The notes: a model not told the origin generated them from the sequence alone. Positions 13,291 to 27,029 are shown, counted from the first letter of the whole stretch. The stretch: DNA of 63,181 nt, filler included, from Chiloscyllium plagiosum (GCF_004010195.1; 5 parts of one record of this genome joined end to end with filler, not necessarily neighbours in it); one strand, 5' to 3'. Program-made: numbers and translations.

Positions 13291-13390
13291 NNNNNNNNNN
13301 NNNNNNNNNNNNNNNNNNNNNNNNNNNNNNNNNNTTAATTAATTAANNNNNNNNNNNNNNNNNNNNNNNNNNNNNNNNNNNNNNNNNNNN
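13291..13390. other. Artificial scaffold linker 44N-TTAATTAATTAA-44N (also at 39677-39776, 55154-55253, 61445-61544)
   Basis: The same 100-nt structure appears four times. TTAATTAATTAA places stops in all six frames. Confidence 0.95.
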
Positions 13391-14061
13391 AGTGGAGTCA
13401 CAGGTAGATAGGATAGTGAAGAAGGCGTTTGGTATGCTTTCTTTTATTGGTCAGAGTATTGAGTACAGGAGTTGGGAGGTCATGTTGCGGCTGTACAGAA
13501 CATTGGTTAGGCCACTGTTGGAATATTGCATGCAATTCTGGTCTCCTTCCTATTGGAAAGATATTGTGAAACTTGAAAGGGTTCAGAAAAGATTCACAAG
13601 GATGTTGCCAGGGTTGGTGGACTTGAGCTATAGGGAGAGGCTGAACAAGCTGGGGCTGTTTTCCCTGGAGCGCCAGAGGCTGAGGGGTGACCTTATAGGG
13701 GTTTACAAAATTATGAGGGGTATGGATAGGGTAAATGGACAAAGTCTTTTCCCTGGGTTGGGGAGTCCAGAACTTGAGGGCATAGGTTTAGGATGAGAGG
13801 GGAATGATATAAAAGAGACCTAAGGGGCAACGTTTTCATGCAGAGGGTGGTATGTGTATGGAATGAGCTGCCAGAGGAAGTGGTGGAGGCTGGTACAATT
13901 GCAACATTTAAAAGGCATTTGGATGGGTACATGAATAGGAAGAGTTTGGAGGGATATGGGCCAAGTGCTGGCAGGTGGGACTAGATTGGGTTGGTATGGA
14001 TGGGTTGGACCAAAGGGTTTGTTTCCATGCTGTGCATCTCTATGACTCTATGAATCTATGA
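13391..14061 (+). mobile_element. CR1/HER1 LINE 3' part
   Basis: ORF 13392-13796 (LYRTLVRPLLEYCMQFWSP). Tail ctctatgactctatga ends about 25 nt before the ARMC3 acceptor. Confidence 0.92.
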
Positions 14062-14086
14062 TCAGATAACTGTTGTTTTGTTTTAG

Positions 14087-14212
14087 GTGATGAAAACAAA
14101 ATGGCTCTCCTGGCCCTTGGAGCTGTTCCGAAGTTGGCTAAATTAATATCCCATGATGACAAACAAATTCATATGTATGCTACAATGGGATTTGGAGTGA
14201 TGGCAACCAATA
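14087..14212 (+). CDS. ARMC3: ARMC3 coding exon (126 nt; corresponds to human exon 4)
   Basis: ttttag acceptor and gtaagt donor, phase 1/1. Translates (G)DENKMALLALGAVPKLAKLISHDDKQIHMYATMGFGVMATN, matching human ARMC3 GEENKTTLLELGAVEPLTKLLTHEDKIVRRNATMIFGILASN as recalled. Not in the ORF track. Confidence 0.93.
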
Positions 14213-14534
14213 GTAAGTATCTGTGACTGGATCTAATGGCCTTGGGGGGGAGAAAAAGAGCAAAATAACCAAAGCACTTAGTGCAGCATGTAACTAAAAT
14301 TGAAAGAAATAATAAACAGAATACAAAATAAATCAAGAAATAGCTGATGCCTTGCTTGTTTTGAAATTCCAAATATTGTAGGAGAAAGACTGACAGAGAT
14401 AAACAGTAGATTTTGCATTCAAGGAAAGACTGATTGATTATACATAATGATTAATCTTAATTTTGTCATGGTTATTGATGGCATTGTTGAAATTTAAAAG
14501 AAACAAAGCAGAAAACTAAGACAACTTGTGTGCC

Positions 14535-14656
14535 AGACCCTTCAATCACCACCTGTCCCACATGTGAAAGGTTCAGATTGTGTTTCAGACTTGCTAGAGA
14601 TCTTCGAACCCATCGGACCGTAGTGAATCAAGTCATCCTCAATCTAAGAAGAAGAA
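14535..14656 (+). mobile_element. RTE-like LINE 3' end
   Basis: TTCPTCER..LARDLRTH zinc-finger remnant and an (aga)n tail. Confidence 0.55.
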
Positions 14657-14919
14657 ATAGAACCCATATCCAGCATGTTTTGCCCATTGTGACTTTTTTC
14701 AAAAATTTTGTTTTAGAATTTGAGCACTTTTGGAAAAATCAACATTTTTGCGCATTCCTTAATGTCCTTGATAGGTGATGGAGGGCTGCTTTCTTGAACT
14801 GTTGCAGTACATTGTGCTCTGTCAATTACTCCAAACTAAAATATATTCCAGAAAAGCAGAAAGATTGCAAGACAGAGAAAAAACATGCATGGTGAAGTAA
14901 GGAAGTTAAAAATAATATA

Positions 14920-17900
14920 TCTTTGAATTAAGGAGTTGGGAAATCATATTTAGGTTGTACAGGACGTTGGTGAGGCCTCTTCTGGATTACAGTGTCCAGT
15001 TCTGGTTGCTCTGTTATAGGAAGGATATTATTAAGCTGGAGAGCATTGAGAAAAAAATTACCAGAGTGTTGTCAGGAATTGAAGGTTTGATTTATATATA
15101 AGAAGAGGCTGGATAGGCTGGGACTTCTTTTCACTAAACCACTGAAGGTTGAGGGGTGACCTGAAAGAGGTTTATAAAATTATGATGGGTATGGAAAAGG
15201 TGAATGGTAGATATCTTTTCTTAGGGTGGGGGATTTCATTATTGGGGGCATATTTTTAAGGAGATCGGAGAAAGTTTGAGAAAAGACAAGATGTACAACT
15301 GTTTTACATACAGATGTATGTATGGAATGAACTTACAGAGGAAATGGTGGATGCGGGTACAGTTGGAATATTTAAAAGACATTTAGATAAGTATGTGAAT
15401 AAGCAATGTTTGGGTGGTTGTGGGCGAAGCACAGGCAGGTTTAGTTTTGGGATTATAGTTGGCATGGATAGGTTGGACCAATGGGTCTGTTTCTGTGCTG
15501 TATGTCTCTGACTCTATCAAGACAAAAACTAAGGCCAACGGCAGGCTGGAAGATTGGGAAATTTTAGGGATTAACAATTGCAAAGGTAAATTATGAAAGA
15601 AAGCAAGCACAAAATATAAAAAAAGCTTCTCTAAGTATCTACAAGGTAACAGATAACTAAAGTGATTGTTGATCTCTTGGAGGATGAGACTAGAGAATTA
15701 ATAGTGGGGAACATAAAAATGGTTCAAAAGTATTTTGCATTGGTTTTCGCAGTGGAGAATACCAGTACCAAACTAACAATAACAGATAATGCAGTGTTTA
15801 TAGAAAGGGAGGAACTTAGAACAATAATCATTACTAGGGAAAAAGCAAAGAGAAAACTTTTGGGATTGAAGAAAGCCAAGTGCCTGTATCCTATGGTCTT
15901 AAAGGAAGTGGCAAGATGTAATTAGTATGTTACCACAGGGCCCAAGCTGATTACAATCTACATTAATTACTTGGCTGGGGGATAGAAAGTGCTACAACCA
16001 AATTTGCAAACGACACTAAAACAGGAGGGACCATAAATTGCAGTGATATGGACAGGTTAGATGAATGGGTCAATCAGTATTTGGTAGATCAAGTTGAATG
16101 TGAATAAGTGTTAGGTTATCCATTTTAGTCAGAGGAATGGAAAGGCAACTTATTATCTAAATAGAGAGAAATTACAGAATTCTGGGTGTCCTTGTGCATG
16201 GATTGCAAAGAACTAATATGCAGGCACAGTAGGTAATAAGTAAAGCAAATGGACTTTTGGCACTTATTGTAAAAGGAATATTGCTGCAACTGCATAAGGC
16301 ATTAGTGAGATGCTCCTGGAATATTGCATGCAGTTTTGGTTCCATTTCTTGAGAGATGTAACTGCACTGGAGGCAGTCCAGAGGATATTCAATAGATTGA
16401 TTCATGAGGGCTTTGTCTTAGGAAGAGAGATTGAGCAGTTTAGGCCCACATGCTTTAGATTGTACAAGAATGAGAGGATGATAAGATATAGGAGCAGAAT
16501 TAAGTCATTTGACCTATCAAATCTGATCCGCTAATCAGTCATGGCTGATATGTTTCTCAATCCCGTTCTCCTGCCTTCTCCCTACATCCTTGATCCCTAG
16601 CCTATCAAGAATCTGTCTCTCTCTGTCTTACATACTCTCATTGACTTGGCCTACACAGCGCTCTGTGGCAATAAGTTCCATGGATTAACCATCTTCTGGC
16701 TGAATAAATTCCTCCTCATTTCAGTTTTAAAAGGTCATCCCTTCACTCTGAGGGTGTGCTCTTATGTCCTAGTCTCTCCTACTGCTGGAAACATCTTCTC
16801 CCTGACCACTTGATCCGGGCCTCTCAGTATTCTATCATTTTCAATCCGGAAAGGATCCCAGCCTAGTATGGCAACTGCTCTACCATGGACTGTAAGAAAC
16901 AACAGAGAGTTGTGAACACAGCCCAGTCCATCATGCAAGCCAACTTTCCATCCATTGACTCCATCTGTACTACTTGCTATTTTGGAAAGGCAGCCAACTT
17001 AATTGAAGACCCCGTTACAATGTCTTCCAACTTCTTCCATCAGGCAGAAGGTACAAAATCTTAAGCATGTGTACCAATAGGTTCAAGAACATTTTCTTCC
17101 CTGCTGGTATTAGACTTCTGAATGGACCTCTCAAATTTCAAATTAAATATTGACCTCACTGTTTGTGCACCATCTCTGTAGCTATAAAATTGTATTCCTT
17201 GCTCTGTTCTATTACCTATATGCACCTTGTATTGTGTGATCTGCCTATATTGCATGCTAAACAAAACTTTTCACTGCGCGTGACAATTATAAATCAAATC
17301 AAGTCACATCAATCAGATCCCCCCTCATCCTTATCATTCTAAAATCTGTCAAGTAAAAACCTAGAGTCTTCAACCACTCTTCATATGACAATCTCTTCAA
17401 CCCAGAATCATTCTTGTGGGCTCCCTCCAATGCTAGCACATCCTTCCTTAGATACTGGGCCTAAAACTGCTCATTATGTTCCAAATGCGGTCTAACCAGA
17501 GCCTTGTACAGTCTCAGCAGTACATCTCTGCTCTTGTATTCTCGAAATGATTGCTAACATTGCAATGCCTTCCTAACTGCCTAATGAACCTGCCTGTTAA
17601 TTTTAAAAGAATTCTGAACTAGGACTCACAAATCCCTTTGCGCTTTAGATTTCTAAGGCCCTTCACCGATTAGAAAATAGTCTTATCTCTCTCTTTTTCA
17701 TACCAAAGTGCATAACCTCACACTTTCCCACATCGTATTCCATCTGCCACTTCTTTGCCTACTCTTCTAGCCTGTCCAAGTCATTCTACAGCCTCCTTGC
17801 CTCCTCAACACTACCTGTCCCTCTACCTTTGTGTCATTTGCAAACTTACCAACAACGACCAAATTCAGGTTAACTGCCTGTAGTCTCCTGTTTTCTACCG

Positions 17901-18410
17901 GTCTCCCTTCTTAAACAGGGATGTTACATTAACCATTTTCCAGCCCCTTGGTGACTCTCTCTGACTCCAGTGATTCCTGAAAGATCACCACCAATGCCTC
18001 TATAATCTCCTCAGCTATCACCTTCAAACTTCTTTCAAAATATCTAAATAAGGTTCATAAGATGCTGAATGGGATTGACCACGTAGGCATAGAAGGTTTT
18101 CTCATTTTGGGCAATTTAGAATGAGAGCTCATTGTTTTTGGATAAGGGATAGCAGATTTAAAATAGAATAAGGAGAAAGTACTTCTTTCAAAGAATCATG
18201 AATCTGTGGAATTCACTACACCGGAGTGCAGTGGTTGCTGGGATATTGAGTAAATTTAAGGAAAAGATAGATTTTTAAATTCGTAATAGCTTGAAGGGTG
18301 ATGGAGAATGGGCAGGAATGTAGAGTTGAGGCCAGGATGAGATCAGCTATTATCCTATTGAATGGTGGAACGGACTCAAAGGGCTGAATTGTGGATGACT
18401 CCTGATTCTT
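14920..18410. mobile_element. Nested cluster of CR1 fragments (+ 14920-15515, + 15520-16480 resuming 18050-18410, - 16490-18030)
   Basis: Repeated LEYCxQFW, RGDL and KFA.DTK remnants and CR1 3' UTRs in both orientations. Confidence 0.8.
16848..17305 (+). mobile_element. Rex1/Babar-like LINE 3' fragment nested in a CR1
   Basis: YGNCSTMDCKKQQRVVNTAQSI..LLPSGRRYK..RFKNIFFPAGIRLLN, with an (aaatc)n tail. Confidence 0.7.
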
Positions 18411-19125
18411 AAGTCCCCAGCCCTATTAGAAAGGGAGTTACAGGTGACAGTAAAGGAACAGCAATATGGTTCTTAGTCAGGATGATGTGTGATTTAAAGG
18501 AGCATTCAGAGCTGTTGATGTTCCCTTTTGTTTGCTACCCCTGACTTTCTGAACAGGAGAGGTCACAAATTTAGACTCCTGTCAAAGGAGTCTTGGTGAG
18601 TTTTTTGCAGGCTATCTTGTGGACGGTGCATACATGCAGTACTAGTTGTTTGTTGATTTACTACCCATGCATTCGTGTACTTGCAAAGTCTGTTCCCAAC
18701 ACCATCTTTTATCTTTCACTATCGTCTCATCCAGTCTGCCTCAGTAAACATGGCTTGGTCCTTTGTGGCACATAGAAGTGGTAGCTGCCTTTTTTTTAAC
18801 CACAGGAAGTCTTTGCCCCTATTTCTTGTGGATAACAAGAACTGAAAATACTGGCACTATGTATCAGTGTTAGAGGTAATGAATATTTAAGCTAGTCTAT
18901 GGGGTGCTAACTAAACAGGCTGTTTTGACTCAGATGATAGCAAACGTCTTGAATGTCATTAGAGGACAGTGGACACTTGCACAGCCACTGGTCTTGAATG
19001 GCCAGTAGGTCCAACAGGGAGGATGTCTTCTAGAGCCTGCAAATGTCTTTCACCACCTGAACCAAGTACTTGAGCCTCTGGAAATACTCCTTTTTTTTGA
19101 AGTCGAACCTCTGCTTGTATACGGT

Positions 19126-19586
19126 GGCGGCATGTTGGCTCAGTGGTTAGCACTGCTGCCTCACAGCACCAAGGAACCGGGTTCAATTCCCACCTCGGGT
19201 GACTATCTGTGTGGAGTTTGCACAGTCTCCCCGTGTCTGCGTGGGTTTCCTCGGGGTGCTCTGGGTTTCCTCCCACAATTCAAAGATGTGCAGGTTAGGT
19301 GAATTGGCCATGCTAAATTGCACATAGTGTTAGGTGCGTTACTCAGGGGCTAAATATAGATTAGATTCCCTACAGTATGGAAACAGGCCATTTGGCCCAA
19401 CAAGTCCACACCAACCCTCTGAAGAGTAACCCATCCAGACCCATTCCCTTACCCTATATTTACCTCTGACTAATGCACCTAACACTATAGGGTAGGGGAA
19501 TGGGTCTGGGTGGGTTACTCTTCGGAGGGTCGGTGTGGACTTGTTGGGCCATAGGGCCTGTTTCCATACTATAAGGATTCTAATCT
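19126..19586 (+). mobile_element. HE1-type tRNA-derived SINE with an inverted 3' fragment inserted at about 19358-19488
   Basis: A box tggctcagtggtt, B box gggttcaattcc, body gtgtggagtttgcac..ctccccgtgtctgcgtgggtttcc, tail ggattctaatct. Confidence 0.88.
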
Positions 19587-20283
19587 ACAAAAAAAACCCA
19601 GTTACATGGGTTGTACCTCTAACCTTGACTCTTCTGCTTCCTGCTCTACTCATCACCTGTAAATCTCTTAACAGCTGTGTGTTGCTGTTGTGCATTGTCT
19701 GAGGCCCAAAGTAAGAAAAATAAGATGGCACACATCCAAATCTAATCTGAATTTGAATTTCTGCAAAGTTTAGAAACAAATATTACACCATAAGTATTTT
19801 GAACAAATCTTTTCCAGTGGCAGATAAGAGCACTGGTTTATTGAAATGTTTTCCTGATACAATGAGACCCAGAAATTGCTGCTGTATGCAAACTTTGGTT
19901 TCAAGAGCTATTGAATAATGAGCATAAAACTGTGGAAGCTTTATTAAATACAATTATGCATTGAAGTAATGCTTTCATGGAACAGTTAACACATTTATAT
20001 TTCTGGTCTGGGGAGCACACAACATGCTGAAGATACCTGGATTGGTAATCAGCTTGTTGGAGCAGTTTTCCAAACACTTTTGCGTCTTTGGCTACTTTAA
20101 TCCAAGACTAAAACATACACACACTGCTCCATATTAAAATGCTACTCTCTTTTTGAGTAATTATTTGTAGTGTTTTTGAACAAAATAGTCTTTGGTTGCA
20201 ACTGTTCTGCTTTGGTAAAGTGACTAAAAATATTTATAGCTATTCATTTATTTCCTTCCTGCTGATGTTTTCATTTTTTTCAG

Positions 20284-20352
20284 GTGAAGTTCGAAAATCA
20301 ATGAGGCAGTTGGATTTTCTACCATCCATTATTGCATGCCTAGCTCCAGATG
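20284..20352 (+). CDS. ARMC3: ARMC3 coding exon (69 nt)
   Basis: ttttttcag acceptor, gtaact donor, phase 1/1. EVRKSMRQLDFLPSIIACLAPD vs human DVKKLLRELDVMNSVIAQLAPE. Frame is continuous with the previous exon. Confidence 0.92.
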
Positions 20353-21903
20353 GTAACTCTAAATCTTACTTTTATTATGAGGAATCCATAGATGTCTTGA
20401 ATCTGAGAAACAAATTCAGTGAAACACGGAACATAGTTCTGCCCACATTATTGCTTATTTTTCATAACCTTTTGCTGTGCCAACAAAATGTTTGACATCA
20501 ACAAAATTTTAATTTAGATGACTTCTGTTACAGAATCATAACAAAACGTTTTGACTACAAACTAATTTAAATTAGCTTCTGGTCCACCCATCGAAACATA
20601 AATAAAGGAGCAGGAGTCATCCATTTGATAAATGGAGCCTGCTGTGCCACTCAGTGTGATCATGGCCAATCCTCTACCTCAATGTTACATCCCTGTTCTC
20701 TACACATATCTCTTCACATTTTTAGTGTCTCAAAATCTATCCATTTATTTCTTTCTTAAATATATTGAGTGACTTGGCCTCAGCCTGATTGGAAGAGAAT
20801 TTTGCCATTCTTTAAGTGAAGAGGGTTCTCCTCATCTCAGTCTTGTATGGCCTATCTTATCACTTTTTAATGCTTTAAATTGAGTTTCAGTCAAATGTTT
20901 ACCATTATTGTCCTCATGTTGCATGTTTTACAATACAATATTTTTGCGGATATGGATCCCTTAAGCAGTCTCTCCTTCCAATTGGTTATGTTGTGTAGAC
21001 TGGAATGGCATACAAGATGATGAGAAAAAAATCAATGATGATGAATACTTGTCCTCCTCAACCTTTAACATGTCAGCTTACTGTTTAAGTTTATGTTGAA
21101 CTCCCTAATATTTCTTATACCATTCTTGTAGCATTTTAAAATATATGTTACACAGCATATATTTGTCCAATTGTGTACCATCCTTGGAATAAAGGCACTT
21201 TTATTAAGACTTGTATTACATTGGCTGAACGTAGTTTAAGCAGAATGAGGGACCACCCACCAAACTCAACCCACTAACAATATTTAAAGAAATCATCAAT
21301 TATTTAAGATTAATTACTCTTTGATTTAATTTGGCATTTGACAAGACTGTTTTGCATAGAGATAAACTACATGCTTGGTGAAGTTCTTGGTTTGATATTG
21401 CAAAGGCCTATAGGCCAAGCAGTAATACTTGATTTGTGGCCTTCCTAATGTGTAGCATGAAGTATGGATCAGTCTGATGTTTTGTGGTTAGGTTTAGACT
21501 TCTTTTGTACTCACACCTCTGATGAAGTCACGTAAGAAGCAAAAGAAAATAATTACAGTTCTATTAAACACTTGAGCTCAGCTAAAGGGTAATTAAGCTG
21601 CCTTTTAATTTTTGATTCCAGGTCAGAAGAACCCATTAAGAAGGAATAGGATCCATTTTATTCCGATCTTTGAATTTTTGTTGTATGTGAGTCGTGTGCA
21701 CTCATGGCACAGTGTCCCTGCTTCTGGACTGGGAGGCTCAGGTTCAAGCCCCATCTGCTCCAGGGGTGTGCAGTCACATCTCTCTGAGCAGATTAATTAG
21801 AAAAATAGGTGTGTGATTGTGACATATTGAACTGTAACAGAGAAAAAAAGAGAGATTTTATTGGTTTATTTTTGTTTATTGTTTTCTTATGCCTTCACTG
21901 CAG

Positions 21904-22079
21904 ATGATGTTGTTGTCCATGAACTTGCTACACTGTGTCTATCTTCTATGTCTATTGATTTCACTAGTAAAGTGGAAATTTATGAGAAAGGTGGGCTGGG
22001 ACCACTTATTCAACTTCTTTCAAGCCCTGACCCTGATGTTCAAAAGAATTCCATTGAGTGTATTTCAAATTTAGTTAAG
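21904..22079 (+). CDS. ARMC3: ARMC3 coding exon (176 nt)
   Basis: ctgcag acceptor, gtaaga donor, phase 1/0. DVVVHELATLCLSSMSIDFTSKVEIYEKGGLGPLIQLLSSPDPDVQKNSIECISNLVK is an armadillo repeat close to human GGLEPLIRLLSSPDPDVKKNSMECIYNLVQ. Confidence 0.96.
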
Positions 22080-22829
22080 GTAAGAATTATTTTTCTTCAA
22101 TTATGGTTGACTTAGTGTTGTATTAATTCAACAAATATAACCAATATGTGAAACCATTTAAAAAGTTTAGAATTCATGGAGATTGCTATTATGATATTTT
22201 TCTTAAAACATTGGAGCAGAAATAGAGCATTCAGCCATCAAGTCTACTTTACCATTCAATGAGATCATGATTGATCTATTTATCAAATTTACCTTCCTGC
22301 CTTATTCCATACCATTGATTTCAAATCAAATTCTAAACCAAGCCAATCCATATTTATTCAGTTTATAGTCCTCTGGGACTGGCCTAGGAGATAGGGAAAG
22401 TGGGGCCATGAAACAACAAAGTATGGCATTGACAATAACTGAAATTGCTGGGAAAGCTCTGCAGGGCTGACAGTATCTGTGGAGAGAAAGCAGAGTTAAT
22501 GAAGAATGATGTTCTGAAGAAGGGTCACTAGTCTGAAAACATCAACTCTGCTTTCTCTCCACAGGTGCTGCCAGACTTGCTGAGTTTTCCCAACAATTTC
22601 TGTTTTTGTTTCTGATTTCCAGCAACCTCGGTTCTGTGTTTTACCAGTTATAGGGCAGGTAGAAAAACCTCTCTCCCACCCCCAAAGCCCAATTGAGCTA
22701 TTTAACTAACCAATGATAGACTTTTTCCTGCTTTCACCAGTGGCATAGGAGGCAAACTATTGTGCGGTGGGACAGTTGTGGTTGGAAGGACTGAGGTATG
22801 ATGTGAAATTAGATCGGTTAAGAACATAT

Positions 22830-24925
22830 TCACTTGAATTTAGAAGAATCAGGAGCGGGGTTCTCCTAGAAACCTATAAAATTCTAACAGGGTAAATGCA
22901 GGAAGGATGTTTCTGATGAATGGGGAATACAGAACCAGCAGTCACAGTTTAAGGGTGCAGGGTGGTCACTACGGACCAAAATGAAGAGAAATGTCTTCAC
23001 CCAGAGAGTGGTGAGCCTGTGAAATTCTCTGCCCCAGAATGTGATTGAGGCCAAAATATTGAATGTTTTCAAGGAGGAGTTAGGTGTGGATCTTGAGTCT
23101 AAAGTGATCAAAGGGAATGGAGAGAATGCAGGAACAGGATACCGAGTTAGATGTCAGCTGTGAACATATTGAATGGCAGAACATGCTCTAAAGGCTGAAT
23201 GGTCTGTCCTTTTTCCTGTTTTCCACACCTCATAGTTTATAGTAATAGAAGCAGGAATAGGCTATTTGCCACGTCGAGCCTGCTCTGCTATTCATTAAGA
23301 TCATGGCTGATCTTTCCATTGTCTCAGCTCCTACCTGCATTACACCCATAACCCTTAATTCCTCTACCATGCAAAAATCCATCCAACTGTGTCTTGAATA
23401 TATTTAATAAAGCTGCCTCTACTGTTTCTTTGGGCAGAGAATTCGATAGATTCACTACTCCCTAGAAAAAGCAATTCCTCCTCATCTCTGTCCTAAATCT
23501 ACTTCCCATGATCTTGAGGCCATGTCCCCTAGTCCTAGTCTCACCCACCAGTGGAAACAGCTTGCCTGTTCTTATTTTACATGCTTCTATAAGATCCTCC
23601 CCTCATTCTTCTAAATTCTAGTGAGTACAGTCCAGGCAGCTCAACCTCTCCTCATCAGGTAACCCCCTCATCTCCAGAATCGATCTGGTGAACCTCCTCT
23701 GCACCGCCTCCAAAGCCAGTATATCCTTCCTCAAGAAGAAGGGCTTCCTCCTGAAGAAGGGCTCATGCCTGAAACGTCGATTCTCCTGCTCCTTGGATGC
23801 TGCCTGACCTGCTGCACTTTTCCAGCAACACATTTTCAGCTCTGATCTCCAGCATCTGCAGTCCTCACTTTCTCCTATCCTTCCTCAAGTAAGAAGACCA
23901 GAACGGCACACACTACTCTAGGTGCAGCCTCACCAACACCTTGTACATCTCTGCTCTTAAATTCAATCCCTCTAACAATGAAATCCAATATTCCGCTTGC
24001 CTTCCTTATTACCTCTTGTACCTGTAAATCAACTTTTTGCAATTCACGTGTGAGCACTCCCAAGTCCCTCTGCACAACAGCATGCTGCAATCTTTCACCA
24101 TTTAAATAATACTCTGACTTATTTTTACTTCCAAAGAGGATAATCTCACATTTGCCAACATTGTACTCCATGTGCCAGATTCTTGCCCTCTCCCTTAACC
24201 TATTGAAATCTCTCTGCAGACCCTCCACATCCTCTGCACAGTTTGCCTTTCCATTCAGTTTAGTCTCATCAGCAAACTTGGATATGTTACATTCGGTCTC
24301 CTCATCCAAATCATTTATATATATTATGAGCAATTGCAGGCCCAACACTGACCCCTGCAGCACCCCGCTCACCATTGATTTCCAACCAGAGAAGCACCCA
24401 TTTTTCCCCAAATCTTTGCTTTCTAATGGTTAACCCGTCCTCTATCCATGCTCGTGAATTCCCTGCAACTCCATGCAATCTTATGGATGAGTCTTTTATG
24501 CAGCACCTTATCTAATGCCTTCTAGAAATCCAAGTATGCATATCCCTCCATCCACCACACTTGTTACATCCTCAAAGAACTCCAGTAAGTTTGTCAAACA
24601 TGACCATTCCTTCCTGAATCCATGCTGCGTCTGCCTGATGGAATCCTTTCCATCCAGATGTCTCACTATGATGATGGTATGCCTCCAACGGTTTCCTGAC
24701 TACAGATGTTAAGCAAACTGACTATAGTTACATCCCTTTTGCCTACACGTTTTTTTAAACAGCGGCATGACATTCGCTGTCTTCCAGTCCGCTGGGACCT
24801 GCCTGAAGTCCAGTAAATTTTGGTTAATTACCACGAACGTATCTACTGTAACTTTCAGCACTCTGGGTGCATTCCATCGGGATTAGGGGACTAATCTACC
24901 TTTAGACCCTCAAGTTTGCTCAACA
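22830..24925. mobile_element. CR1 fragments: + 22830-23220 and - 23245-24925
   Basis: ORF 23875-24411 (-) reads SGVLQGSVLGLQLLIIYINDLD..SKFADETKL, the CR1 RT core. Confidence 0.9.
23736..23875 (+). mobile_element. 140-bp Penelope pseudo-LTR insertion with hammerhead motif, inside a CR1
   Basis: 14-bp TSD tatccttcctcaag at 23722-23735 and 23876-23889. Contains CTGAAGAaGGGCtcatGCCTGAAAcgTC at about 23751-23778. Confidence 0.85.
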
Positions 24926-25849
24926 CTAGGTTGGTTGCAGCACAGTAGGTTTTACTGTGAAAGCTAATGTCCAGTGAAAGGGAGTGGGTTTTTTTATTTT
25001 CCTGCTGAGCTTATGGTGCAAATTGCAAGTTTCTCACGAATTCAGAGTTTCCCTTCCCACATAGGAAACAATGGTGGACAGGCAGTGACTGTTTCTATTG
25101 ATGAAAGGATAGAGATTGGCAAAAGAAGGAATAGCAAAATGAGGAAAAAATCTTTTTAAGCAGCAAGTGGTTGCAGAAATGCAACTGCCTTAATGTGCTG
25201 AGAAGGCTGTTTCAATTGTGACATTCAAAGTAATGGGATCATTACATGAAAAGAAAATTGCAAAACTGATAAAAAGGCAGAGGCATGATACTATATGAAT
25301 TAATAACTTGCACCAGATATAATGGCTATCAGCTTTTTAGTATAAAATTCTGCAAACACCTCTCAAGGCAAGTATTAACAGTGCTAGTTATTGCAACGAT
25401 GCTTACATAATATAAGACAACAGGCTACCACTGGCGACAGAGAATCCATCTGTACATTTGCATCCTGCGCCTCTGTCACAGTCCTTGCTGGGGCTGTACA
25501 ACCAGCTAGCCCAGACTAGTGCAAAGCTTAGGCCCAGAGCTTGTCCTCCTAGGTCACATGATAAACTAGCAACTATAGGCATTAGGGAGTGATCAGTCAC
25601 CTTTTTTGTCATTGCTAACAGAACATGTTTAATTTTTTTTGAGTTCGCTCTTGATCTTTGTCTTTATAGCAAAGTGGATCAGACCTATTCATTTTGATGG
25701 AAGCGAGTCACATTGTTGTAAAGGTCGTGGGATTGTCAGTGACTAGGAAATGGGAGGGCATATTTAGTCAACGTGCTCTTATCTCTGGCCTCTGGAAATT
25801 CCTGCCATTGCCTTCCTTCCAAATATTGGAACACAGTGTCTAATTTGTC

Positions 25850-26990
25850 CAGTATATCTGTGTTGGCTTATCAAATTGTAGGAGGGTCACTTTAAAAACT
25901 GCCTATCTCTCCTTCCACCTCACTCTTATTGTCTCTGTTAGCTTCCACTACTCTTACCTCCTGATACACTTGTTCCTCCTTATTCTCTTCCCAGCGATGA
26001 TTTGGGCTCAAAATGTTTATGTAAAATAACCTATTCTTCTTCCTGTGATCTGGAGTATATGTCAGATAAGTCACTTCTTTCTAATCTTAATTGCCTTGTA
26101 TGGACTACTGAATTTTACTTTCAGATCCAGTGATACCAATGCTTCATCTCTCGCTTGAAATGTTCAAGTTGTAGAATGTATATGCCCTTTATTTCATTTT
26201 CACTTCTCAAATCCTCAATGCTGCGTGCTTCTGTGAGTCCTTCTAGAAATGTGGCCACACAGTCCAACAGACTAAAGCCAGTAGATTCATTTGAGGACTC
26301 TCTGGTAGTAAATAGTAAAACTCAATCCTGTGATTATTCATGACAGTATGCCTTAATCATGATTTGAAAGTCTGATGGTACCTGTCCAAAGCTCCCCATA
26401 TTTTCAAATGATGCACCGTTGGCTTCAGTTGTTTTAGATTCAAATTGCTGCTGATAACCTGAAAAACTTAAGATGAGTGTCACATCCCAATCATATTGTA
26501 TCACAATTGGTAGTCCATAGAGTGAAAAAAAAATGGAGGTAACTTTTCCATCACTGCCTCAGCTAGAATGGTTCTTAACACAATTTCCAGTTGCCATTCT
26601 TTTATCATATCCATAACATTAAAGATAAACTAATGTACTGTTTTTGTTCTTGGTATTGATCCTACAGAATCTACTGTAGCCCAACTAAATGGTTCTTCAA
26701 AACGTGATCTGGGTATCAAAGATTCTGGCTTATTAGATGTTGAGGTTTTCCAACAATTTGATATGTATGACACAATTTACACGAAGTCTTGGACATGTTA
26801 AATGCCTGTAATATAGATGCATGTGTCTTCTGTATTATTTTTGTTCTGCCATAAGAATTTCATGTACTACTGATAATATTACCAAATGATATCTGGGCAG
26901 TGCCATAATTAGAACACTTTTTATTCTTCATCTGCATGTCTCTGAGGGTGTCTCCACTTTCTCACAGAACTCTGCTTTAACATAATACAC
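25850..26990 (-). mobile_element. Decayed Gypsy/Ty3 LTR-retrotransposon pol (integrase) remnant
   Basis: Minus-strand fragments CHTYQIVGKP, LKQLKPTVHH..GALDRYHQTFK, MIKAYCHE..LLFTTRESSNESTGFSL and TPDHRKKNRLFYINIL match the integrase HHCC, core (GALERxHQTLK) and C-terminal motifs. Many stops. Confidence 0.72.
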
Positions 26991-27029
26991 TCTGGAACTC
27001 CATCAGCCTCAGCTTCATTGTGAGTTGGG

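Noticed and set aside
19126..19200. tRNA genes here and at 46960, 47450 and 50860
   Set aside because: The A and B boxes continue into SINE bodies and LINE-like tails, so these are SINE heads.
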